Source of the DNA: Paragordius varius
Taxonomy: Eukaryota; Animalia; Nematomorpha
Length of the DNA: 64,000 nucleotides
NCBI GenBank assembly: GCA_964247055.1
Contig: OZ176053.1
Coordinates: forward strand, 8,122,001 to 8,186,000
Direction: 5' to 3'
Made by a program: the position numbers and the translations under genes
Notes under the pieces: generated by a model
What the model saw: only the letters and a program-made list of their open reading frames with translations
Databases searched by the model: none
What the model was told of the DNA's origin: nothing
Part shown: positions 27,355-39,046 of the stretch, piece after piece
Position numbering within the stretch: position 1 is the first letter of the stretch
Layout: every line of letters begins with the position of its first letter

Positions 27355-28248
27355 TCAATTATTATATTCACGCCTTTTTAATTGGCTTGTCATATCATTA
27401 AACAGAGGTAGAGGCGGTCTTTGAGGTGGTAAATTTTGTTCATCCATTTTCGTTTTGGTAGTTGTTAATGATTCTCTCCGTGTTGTCATGATGTCTGAAG
27501 CAGCAGTATTTATAGTTGATAAATTGGTAGTGGTATTAGACAAGGCATTTTTATTGGGCAGATCTCTTCCTGTTGTGGGTTCATCATCAAATATGGGTGC
27601 GGGCTTACTCATAAGCTTTGTATTAGATGATTCAGTCACGGATGACTTGACTTCATTCCCACAAATCTTGCAATACATAGTTGATGTACCAGTTATCATA
27701 CGGATTTCGGGCGAGGATCTATTCAAATTGACATTCGATTTACTTGGTTTAGTCAATAGCTGGAGCTTTTCATTCATACATGTATCACAATTACAGTGTG
27801 CATCATGCGGTTTACCAAATCTTTTGTGCCACAAAAATACAAGTTTTGGATAGCAAAACAAGTATAGTAAAAATAATAAAATTAAAATTATTATAGTTAT
27901 GGGTATAGCAAGAGATAAAATATGTAACGCAGATATTTTAGATGCAGTATGAATAGGAGATATTAGTAGGCTAGAATTTTTCCGAATTATTGTATCGTTT
28001 AAAATAGGCATGGCCCCTGATTTATATATGGCAGGGCTTTCGATGGGGTAATAATTATTGTCGGTGTTGATCATTTCCATATAATCATCTTCGATATCCG
28101 GTGCATCATTTGACAAACTTTTGATTTGAGATTTATTTATGGGTTCCAATAAATTAATTAACATTTCCAAATCTTGGATTTGTTCATCTTCATTGTTTTG
28201 CAAGTTGGGTTTTTTTCTCCTCAATTTTTTGGTTTTATAATTAGACAT
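27355..28248 (-). CDS. Orphan single-pass membrane protein (297 aa)
   Basis: Long ORF with one hydrophobic segment (ILSLAIPITIIILILLFLLYLFCY) followed by basic residues, N-glycosylation sequons before it, and Cys/His clusters plus PPQRPPLP after it. An acceptor 3 nt upstream of the ATG suggests a possible extra 5' exon. Confidence 0.75.
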   Translation of the reverse strand: MSNYKTKKLRRKKPNLQNNEDEQIQDLEMLINLLEPINKSQIKSLSNDAPDIEDDYMEMINTDNNYYPIESPAIYKSGAMPILNDTIIRKNSSLLISPIHTASKISALHILSLAIPITIIILILLFLLYLFCYPKLVFLWHKRFGKPHDAHCNCDTCMNEKLQLLTKPSKSNVNLNRSSPEIRMITGTSTMYCKICGNEVKSSVTESSNTKLMSKPAPIFDDEPTTGRDLPNKNALSNTTTNLSTINTAASDIMTTRRESLTTTKTKMDEQNLPPQRPPLPLFNDMTSQLKRREYNN

Positions 28249-28537
28249 TTCCTAAAATAAATCGGCTAATATTTAGCTTAATTGCTTGTATTCAACAATC
28301 ATATTTAATTTTTTTTTTTGGTTTTAGCAATAAATTTGATAAACCTGATTTAAAAATTTATAATTAATAAACAATTTTGAAGCGGTTGTCTATAGACATA
28401 TTAATATAAAGTATAATTTAGCACTAGATTTTCGGTAATTAAAGTATTAATTTAATGGTTTTTTAGATTATGTATAAGCGACGTTTTTGAAACCAATTCA
28501 AATATTTATTTATTAATATTTAAGAGCCATATATTAA

Positions 28538-29704
28538 CACTGTGTGCGAAAAAGAGGGTTAATTTTTTAACAAATTTTTTTTCATGATATAGCTTATGAC
28601 CAGTCAATTCTCTTGCCGCAAATTAAATTTGTTGACGACCTAGTTTTTGAAATATTGAGAGAAAATCGAAATCGGGCAAAAAATGAAAATTAAGGATAAT
28701 TCAAAAAATAATGATAAAAGTTGAGATATTATGGTTTTTTATCATTTTAGGAGTTTCAATATATATATATATATATATATAGCCTTAAATCATATAAATA
28801 GGATTTCTATAAAATCTCAGTTAAAATAGCGTTTTTCTTTTAAAACAATTAAAAGACAAAAAAATTTAAGAAACTATATTTAAAAAAAATTTTTTTAATT
28901 ATTTACTACCTAAAATCACTATCAAAATCATAACATTTATATTTTATTCAGTAAAAAAACTTCTATATAAAAATATTACCAAAAAATATTGTTTTTTATT
29001 TTTTCATTTTGTCATCTGGTTTATGAAAGTATAAAAAATTATACTGTTTTATTTTGGAATTTCAGATGAATGGGAATTATAAAGTATAAATTTAAGCAAA
29101 TAGGATTTAAGAGAAGTGGAATATCAACCAACAATCCGTACAAATCCCAAAAAAATTATACTTTGTCTTAATACAGACTTGTTACGGGGATTTGTATGGA
29201 TTGTTGGCTAATATTCCACTATTTTAATCTTTTTTGCATAAATTATATACTTAATTACACCCATTCATGTAAGATTCCAAAATAAAAGAGTATAATTTTA
29301 TACACTCATAAACCAGATGACAAAAAAATAAAAAATTAAAAAACAATATTTTTTAGTTTTATTTTAATATAGAAGTTTTTTTACTGAATAAAATATGAAA
29401 GATTTTACTAGTAAGTTTAGCTAATAAACAATTAAATAAAATTAAATTTTCATCAAAAATTTTCGTCTTTTAAGTGTATTAAATGAAAAGCGCCATTTTT
29501 TGAGCTGAACTTATATAGAAACCCTAATATGATTTTAGGCTATATATTAAAAATATCTACCAAAATGATAATAAGCCATTATATCTCAACTTTTATCATT
29601 TTGAATTATCCTTAATTTTCACTCCCGATTTCGATTTTTTCTCAATATTTCAACTAGGTCGTAAAAAAATATTATTTTGTTAAAAAATTGTTTTGCACAC
29701 AGTG
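28538..29704. mobile_element. ~1.2-kb palindromic foldback element, copy 2
   Basis: TTAA|CACTGTGTGC...GCACACAGTG|TTAA; long imperfect inverted arms; homologous to 8818-10035. Confidence 0.8.
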
Positions 29705-32238
29705 TTAATATTTCATACACATAATAACATGGTTTATCGAATTAAAAAATTTATAAAGTGTTCAGTCATTCGTCTTAAATATTATCTAAAAGAACATTTC
29801 TTTCACTAGGAAGAAATTAACAAATGTAAAAACAGCAGGCTTGAGAGACCAAAAAATAATTCCTGCAATGAAATAGGCGCTATATATATATCGCTAATAA
29901 TTAAATAACAATAACAAATAAATAGTAAATGTATATTCTACAATTTGTGCGCTTTGAATAGATAAACAAGAGTTTAATATTTTAGATAAAAAGAATGAAC
30001 AAAGGGGTCGAACGCCACATATGAAAAAAATATGCAAAATATTTAAATACGAAATGCAGCTGACTATAAAATAAAAAAAATGAAATATGGAATGCAAGGT
30101 TTTTGTAAAGCTCTAAACGGCTATCTGAAAAAATGCCCAACAGTTTTTTGTATTTATATGGGTAATGTTTATCTGAAACCAATATTGATATCTAATGCTG
30201 CTTTCGATTTTTCTAAAAAATGTTTGAGAGCTATTTTGTCGTCATTTAGGGCGTGGAGTCAGCGATTAATTGAAAAAAGCGATCAACATATATATTTTAT
30301 GCGAGAAATATCTAGGCCCTTATTAAACCCATATAATTTCATAGATCAAAGATAGAAAGCCACGCTAGTTTGATATGAACATTAAAGCGGGTGACGCTCC
30401 ACTTAATGGTTGATATTAAAAAGACGGTATTGCCTTTTTGCGAAAAACCTGAAATTATTGATTTTAAACAGTCTAATAGATTGGGCAAATTGGTTAAATA
30501 ATGGCATTTTATTAGAGAGCGGGTAAATAAAAAGGCTAATCCAAATGTAGCTTGTTTATAATCAAGCTTAAATGATTATAATCCTATTTTGGAATTGATA
30601 GACCTATCGGAAAGTTTTTTATTTTTTTTAAAAACAACCAAAATGAAGGAGTAATTCAAAAATGGCTTAATAGTCGGGGCTTTATGTTGAATATTTCTTG
30701 GAATAAAATGGGCAAAACATATTGCGGATTTTTAAATAGAACATTGTAAATTTATATAAATATAAAGATAAAAAATTTTGAATTCCTAAGAACTATTATA
30801 AGTATTTAAACTAATATTTTTAAGTGTATACCGTTTCCAACATGCTTCTATACGCTTGCATATTTCTAATTAAATTTGAACGCAAATATTAAAAAATATT
30901 TTGCTGTGATTTCTATTATATATGAAGTACTGACCGCACAATCTCAAGTTTTCTTCTCTTATTTTAACAACAGAATACCATTTAAACGGAATACTTGCCA
31001 TTTAAAATTTATATAAAAAATTTGATATTTCAAATATCGTCGTGTTTAGAAAAAAATATATATCATATTTTAGTTTATTCCGGCTTCTACTAAAAAATAT
31101 AATTAATCATAATGTGGGCAATTGCGATTCCTAGATGTGGAGCGATTACAATAAAAGTCTAACTTTTTTTGATGACTCGTAAGCCCCAAAAACTAGAAAT
31201 GAGACTTATTTATGGTTTTATGAGTCATTTAATTGGTTAAAAGGTAGCTAAATTTAGCATATGCTAGCAAATATAAGGTTTATTTTATTAGTTACTTTAA
31301 TTGTAATTACGGAAATACAGTAATGTCTGAATTTGTTCGCAATGAAAAAAAGTTAATTTTACAAAGGGGGAAAGTTTCTTTATGACGACAGGCAATAAAT
31401 TGGATTAATCAAGTTTAAAACATGAGTTAACAAAATTTAATTTTAATTAAAATTACCTATGTAACCAATAACAGGTTTTGTTTCTATTAACATGTTATAT
31501 TAGTGCATTGTGTAATAGGAACATTAAAAAGTCTAAACAACCAAAGATTCATTTTTAAAACTTTATATTATATCATGTTGATATCGGTAAAAATTGAAAA
31601 AAAAGTTATATTCTTCCGTATGCAATCAAATTGAGTTGTAATTTATTTATATTTTCATTTATCATACACATCCAAAAAATATGGTAAACTTACACTGATT
31701 CACTTTGGTATATAAATATATAAAAAAATGCAGCATGATATTGTTGTGAATTTAAAAACATGAGTATAATTGCCATAATTTTTTACAACTAACTATACCA
31801 ATTATGGCTTTCAGCAATCGTAATGTCTTCTATAACAAGATTAAGCCTACGCGCTCTAACTTATCTTTGATATTCTAAACTTGAAAAATATTTGTGCAAA
31901 ACCATTCAAATAAGGATACAAAAAATAAATATTTTCTTGAACGATACTATAACATTTAAATAGTTTGCAAATTAAAGGAATATAATAATAAACGCTGTCT
32001 ATTTACTAGAAAATATCATTATATATTTATTTGCCACAAAAATCAAAGCTGGAAAATTGACTAATATTTATTTATTATTTATTAATAAATTATAATATGT
32101 TATATATATATATATATATATATACAGCAAGAATAAGTATAGCGTAAAGATATACCCTATAAAAATAATAATTTTTTAACACACCCCATATATAATTAGG
32201 GGTTAGGGAATGAATAGTATTTAGGCCTTTTAGTTTAT

Positions 32239-34223
32239 TTAATCCCCTACTGATCCCAAAACAAGTGCATTTGCAGTTTTAGGGTTATCAAAACGGTCCT
32301 GAACCTTGGTTGAAACTAAAACGGATAGCCCAAAGCTAAGAATCATCATGGCAATAGCTGCTGTGAAAAGACCCATCCAAATGGGTACGCTAAAAAATCC
32401 TGTACAGTCATTGATACGTTTGCTAAAGCCGTTGTGTATGGCATCTATACCAAAGGCTTGCAACTACATAAATTTCAAAATATAAAATGTTAAGTAGGGA
32501 AAAAAAACTATGTTGTAAGTATAAAATATGATAATAAATTTCAATGGGAATTTTAATAAATATCGTATAAATATATGATGCAATATAATTTTTTGTGTAA
32601 CGTCTTTATTATATGTATCAAATTGGTCCTTTCGCTGAATTTTATAATTTATTATGGACAAAAATGTAAAAAAATGATCAATATTTGAGTAAAGACTATA
32701 AAAAATACTTGCTTGATTATATAGTAACAGCCAATTAATTTAATTTATAATAATTATAACTAATTTCAAGTTTTTTAAATAAACTATGAATGGCAAATTT
32801 TAATAACGTATAATCTCACCTGCATATGATTCACAATAAATTTAACATAATTTCGATCTTGCGGTCTTGACCGTTCAATGAAAGCCATTTTATCGCATAC
32901 GAATGACTGATTTTGATATGCACTCACATCTTTCGTCATTAACATGGGCACATTTTGGGCTGTCATTTTTTCTTTTGGCGTGTTTACGACAAAATCAAAA
33001 GCTATGGATGAGAGCTCCCAGTAACGCCACATATTTTTCGTGAATGTTAACCTGGTACCCAAACATTGTTCATTGTAATAAATATGTGTTATTAAAAACT
33101 GATGTTTATTAACAAAATTGAAACCACGTTTAAAATTCCAATGCATTTTTTTCTGGTGTAAAGTTTCACAAAAAATTTTGCCAAAATATTTTGCATCCGG
33201 TTCTATTGTCTTTTGCTCGAAAAAAAATAACGTGGTTTAAATATTTAAATACAAACAAATTGCAAAAGAGTATTATATGAAAGAATCTAAAAAATAAAAT
33301 GAAAAAATTTTGAAAGGTGTTTCGAGACAGTTTTCGGTTCCCAAACTGTTTTGTAAAAGCCAATGATTCGGGTCCAACTAAAAACGCTTTTATGTTATTT
33401 TTAGGCATATATATAAAAATCGAAAAAATCGTACATCATGTTGAATTGTTGCAGACCTTGTGGCAAATTCATGAATTCAACTTTCAATCTAAAATAAGAA
33501 AATCAATCAATAAAAAATTTACATATAAAAGAATTGATAATTAATCATTACATGTCATTTCTGTTGTTTGTGCATGTAGGATGTTCTAAAATTTTATAAT
33601 CAACATTTTCTAAGGCAAACGATTGAGATAAGTAAGGGGGTTTCAAAGTTTTTGTTTGCAATGTTGCATTTCTTATATATAAAAATATGCAGGTTCCATT
33701 TATAAACACGCCTAATGGTGTTGGCTGTTTAACCGGAGCTTGGCGCTTGGCTTTGACACATGCCCGTTTATCGTCAATTAAATAAAATATAAATTTATGA
33801 CCAGATTTTGTCAAAATTTTTAAAATATTTTCTAAGGATGATAGATTAAACGTTTCTTCAAGGTATAAATTAGAAAAATTTTCGATATCGTTTTCATTAT
33901 TGTATAAATGGGACGCTTTTATTTGATGGGAACAAGCATCAGGTATATGTGAAAAATACTAAAATAATTACATATGATATATACATTTTGATTTTGTCTG
34001 GACCATAGGGTTATTTGAGAATGGTTCACCTTTACAGATAAATGATTTAAAAAACCTCTTTTACACGGTATTCAAATTGTATAGCATCTGGGTAACTTTC
34101 AATATAGTTATAACTGAGATGTTAAAAATATTTTTACTTGTTTATATTGGTCCAGATTATTGGAGAGGCAATAATATAATTACAAATAGTTAAGGTTATC
34201 AAAGGTATCGCAAAAGCCTGCAT
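32239..34223 (-). CDS. ATP6AP1: V-type proton ATPase accessory subunit S1 (Ac45)
   Basis: Exons 34223-34138, 34113-34056, 34029-33985, 33958-33552, 33488-33435, 33051-32820, 32463-32239 sum to 1107 nt (368 aa): signal-like N-terminus, KAKR furin-type site, luminal domain (INGTCIFLY...SFVCD), C-terminal DCTGFFSVPIWMGLF...TM...DRFDNPK typical of Ac45. The 5' exon structure is less certain than the 3' part. Confidence 0.88.
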
Positions 34224-34268
34224 ATGTCAATATTGAATTCTATACATTCATAATTTCATATTGTAAAA

Positions 34269-35044
34269 ATGACCATGTTGGTTGAGTCCGTAATTGAAAA
34301 AGCTCCCGTAAATGTAATTGATCGCACCAAAGTAAATCAATAATATTATATTTTAGACTTGTCCATTTTTATTAAGAGTATTTTGTAACAACAATCGGCA
34401 TCACATGTTAAGCGAATATTCAAGGGGTAATACACCGACCAATGAACTCCAAATATATACATGGTATCTTGAAATTAATTATCATAAAAACAATTTAATC
34501 TATAATATTTTTGGGGTAAAAGCTAATAAGGTGGTTTATACAATTTTTTGTTTTAATAATGTTAAAATTATTAGAATGGCTTGAAATACCAGCAAATTAA
34601 TTAATTTATAGGATTGTACCCGAAAATTAAATTAATAATAAATGAGTTGACTATTTTAAGCCATTTTATTCAGTTAAGCGTATTCAAAATTATATTAACC
34701 GATGTTTAAGCGTTATATAATTAGTTTAATTCTCTATAATTTTATTAAATAATAAATATTCTTTTGCTGAAAATAGGAAAGATGCAACACTTAAAGAACT
34801 TTCCAAATTGATACAAGAAGTTAATCCAGAAACTCGCCGAAAGGGAACAATACTGAACTTTGCTGTCGTATTTCCAGATCCTAGATCACCTTTATATCGC
34901 ATGAAAGATATTGGCTCCACATGTTCTGGCTCAAAGGGTCCTGATGATACCATTTCGCTTGGATCCTTGAAATTTCAAATTGGGGATTATTTGGATATTT
35001 CAATCTCATTGCCAAATTATAATAATCGAATGAATCGGAATTGA
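34269..35044 (+). CDS. SAP18: Histone deacetylase complex / ASAP complex subunit SAP18
   Basis: Exons 34269-34331, 34357-34463, 34777-35044 (145 aa): IDRTK|TCPFLLRVF...ELQIYTW|KDATLKEL...FQIGDYLDISI matches the SAP18 signature. Confidence 0.95.
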
Positions 35045-37266
35045 TTTAATTTTTTTTAGTTTATAAATAGATTTAATAAATATTTTTGATTATAATTATG
35101 TTTGTGGGAGTATTGAAATATATACCGTGGTTCATAATCGAATAACTAGAGATACCTATACTTTTCTATATTTTCAAAAAAAATTCGTTTATTAATACTG
35201 AATAAATACTAGATTATGCCATAATCATAAGGAATATTTTATATTAATGATGAATTATAATCCCGAAAAATAATTTAGTTTTAGGGTATTATTTGAAGTG
35301 TAAATGATATATAGTATTTTAAGTTTTGTGACCACTAATAAATCTTATAATTGCGTTCGGGAAAACAACCATTTTAATGTACAAAGGTGGAAGTAATTGA
35401 ATATTATATATAGCATTTGCCCTTTATTTTGAATTAATTGTAATGCTGATAACATCATTAAATCTTTATGATTATGGTTAGAATGGGGAGAACATATGGG
35501 TTAAATCGGATATGTAAATTAAAACAAAACGGAAATAAAAGTTACTTTGCAATATGTAACTTTACACCGGTTGAATTTTGGAGTAGAATGAAAATATTTT
35601 GAAAATTTTGGTTGTCTCACTGACCATTATGGCAAATTAGGAAGTATAATTGTGTTTGTGCGATAGTGTTGACAATAAAGTAAATGGTAAAAATACTGTT
35701 CAACTCTACACCCAATAAAGATATATTATAAGATCTGGAAATGTAAATCAACAACAGGGACAATGTTGGCTTGGGCACATAGAAATGAAGTTTTCAATTT
35801 ATTTTGTCTAAATTATAGAACCATATAGCAGATATGACATTGTTGTTCTAACGAGGTGAAAGGCTCTAAACTAAGAAAAGTCTTAAAGCTACGAGCTGAA
35901 ATTTGAAGACTCTATAGAATTCATTGGAAAGACAATATACATGTTCATCAAAAAACATCTAAAATAATGTTAAAAAATAAACTATAAAATAATTTTTTAA
36001 TTATAAAAACTAATTATCATCACAATTTATAGGATGATTAGGTGAACTTCTAAATATGCGTTCTTTGAGTTAAAATATAGTATGATTGCAGTATAAACGA
36101 GATTTATAAAAATTAACCTGCAATTAATAAATTTTTTAATTGTTTGTTGGTAAATACAATAGTAGTTTAACAATTTTATAAAAAAATATTTTTAGAAAAA
36201 AATTGAAAATCATATCACCGTGTATAAGACATGTCTGAATGAAGGATTTGAAATTTTATTCATATTTTAAAAAAACTATTCTTAGTGGAATCCCATTACG
36301 TAAAACTTTCTAAGCTCAATTATCAAAATTTTGTAAATGTTTGGCTTTCAATGTATTTTGCAGTGCTTCGGACCGAAACCATATAAAACCCGAACCCAGT
36401 TTCTGAGATTTCAGCCCAGAACCATTTTCAATTGTTCCGGTTCTATACAGGAACATCCCATATCCGGTACCGTCCAGAAACCAAATCGATTCCTATTCCA
36501 CCCCCAATAAATGGTTCCCATATGGTTAGATTTTTAATAATTAAAATTTAATACTTAAATTATTATTTAATATTGATTGTATAATAACAATTTTTCTAGT
36601 TTCCCATCAAAATGAATTACAATGTTGACATTTTTTTTGAGCATCTTATTTTTGAAACTTGAAGAGAACTACAGACATAATTATTTAAGCAAATTCAAGA
36701 TTAAGAACATTTACTTTTTAAATTAATGAAAAATCATAAACTATAGCGTCCATAATTGATTACCCATATCGGAAAAAATAAACCACACTATATATCAATG
36801 GTGTCAAAACCGCAGCCTATGGGCCGCATGAGGTTCTTAAGATATTGTGGTCACAGATTTAAAAATATTAAAATTTTATCATGTAATGTTATATTAGTGG
36901 TGCGTATTACGGCTCACTACACATAAATAAACTTACCACGCTAAATTTTGTATTTTCAGATTAAACTAGTCTGACGACTGAATTGCTTGGTACAATCATT
37001 TTAAGTTAAATAAAGATTTACTCCATAACTGGGATAGTTAATACCAACACACTTGTTTCCTACCTTTTTTACATTTGGCTATTTAATTTTCTAGAAAATT
37101 ATGTTATGATTGACTTTATTTTATTAATGTTGCATAAAAACCAATTATTGAAAAGTTAGGATTCCAAAATGAAACCGGTTTCGAATGTAAAGAACCCCTT
37201 TTGGAACGGTTAATTTTTTAAGAAACCGATATCTAAAATTTAAGAACCACCCTATTTTGTTTTTAA

Positions 37267-37840
37267 CACTTCAATTCAAATTGGGGTATCTAAATATCCC
37301 AGACTAAATCTAAGTTAAGATTTTTAAAAAACTACTGAAGGAAACAGTCCCAATTTAAATTTATGCTTCTATTCTAAACAAATTTATATAAATATGCCAA
37401 AATACTAAATAAATTTTGTTTTGAAAAAAAAAGTTACATGTCAAACTACTTCGACGCCATTTTTATTTTACAAAATTTTTGCAAAATATCGTCTTCATTT
37501 GATTTTAAGGATAAAATTAAATAATTTTTAATTGAATTACATCTAATATTGATAGAAATAGAAAAAGCGGTTTATTTTGTATTATTTTTCAATTTTACCA
37601 TTAGACACATGTTATGTTGACCAAATTTTTGCCTTTCGGTTTTAGCTTAAAATAAGTAATAACAAGTATTTTTGAATAAAATATTTTATATATTTTGGTT
37701 TATTAATGTTTATAAGTGCAAAATTTTGCCACGGTTTTGATTCCTTCCATATTTTTTAAAGAATTTAATTTTAAGGCCTGGGATATCCAACTACCCCAAT
37801 TTGAATCTAAGGACTGAAATGAATGTGTTGTCTCCAAGTG
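37267..37840. mobile_element. TTAA-flanked (piggyBac-like) MITE
   Basis: TTAA|CACTT...AAGTG|TTAA with subterminal inverted ttcaaattggggta / taccccaatttgaa. Confidence 0.4.
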
Positions 37841-39046
37841 TTAAAGAACCAGACCGGTTCCTGTTTCAACTCCCTGAACCAGCTCGATTTCGGTTTTTAA
37901 CCGGTTTGAAGCCCTGGTTTTTTGATGATTTTTTGAAAAGAAGCATATAAATGACCGAACTATAAAGGATACTCATATAATGTAAAAATTAACACTTCAT
38001 TACCTTTTCACTCTTTTTTCCTAGTTATTTGGGTGGTTTTTTTAATAATAAACTATTTGATAGTAATTTTAAAATTTAATTATCTAACATTGTATTCAAG
38101 AAGAAAGCTCATATTTTTTTATATTGTGACTTCTAGAGTCTAAAATTTCGACAACTCCAAATCTCGATTAAAACAAATAGCTTGTATCTAAATAAAATTA
38201 TATCAAGTTTTTTAAAGTTAATTATTTGCATATTTAAGCATATTATATATTTATTTGCCTGTGGCATTAACGAGTTAATAATTTATTGGATAAAAATGGC
38301 AAAAAAGTTTGAGATGAAGATTTTTCTTCACAATTCTACATTTTTAAAAAATTTTTTTGTATAATGCGCCTAAAAGATTAGAGAAAGCATATTTTAAAAT
38401 TCGGCTTTATGAATCCTTATTCAAAAAATATTTATAAAAAATGTTAATAGTAAAATCTCTAAAAATTTTAACCGCCATTTCTTTGAAAATTTTTAAGATG
38501 CAACAAAAACTTTAAAATAAAAGGTTTTATCGCTGTGAATTTGGTCTTTTTATTAATGATTGCAGTAAAAATTTTTATTGGTATAATAATTAAAGAATTT
38601 CTGCTCTAATTTAAATTGAAATATATTTTCTATATAAAGTATGATTGATATAATAAAATTAAGCTCAGATTGGCACTAATATTTTTACTTTTAGTTTAAG
38701 TTTAGCTTCGGGCTTTATATATAATAAAATACATAAAGCAGTTTTAATACTCCTAAGATAAATATATTATGTTAGTTTTTATTTATTTATCCTATTATTA
38801 AATTAGGCATGTCCTCCGTTAAATCCAACTGTGGCTACTAAATAAAAGACATAACTTTTTAACACAAAGGGTATCTCCAAAAATCATTTTTAGGCATATT
38901 TTTATATTATATAATCTTAAACGTTTTTTTTGGGCATGGTAACTTTAAAATCAAATTTTAAAAAATATATATTAAATATAAGTGTGGAGCTTTGGATTTA
39001 GAATAAAATTTGCTTCATATGATTCACATTTTTCTGGAGTCCAGTC

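Noticed and set aside
33959-34137. Non-standard genetic code or frameshifting to explain in-frame stops
   Set aside because: Stops disappear with ordinary GT-AG introns, and TAA/TAG/TGA all terminate genes normally here.
35560-35840. GC-richer tract between SAP18 and EGFR as a hidden exon
   Set aside because: No convincing open frame with homology; the EGFR signal-peptide exon was found at 39047.
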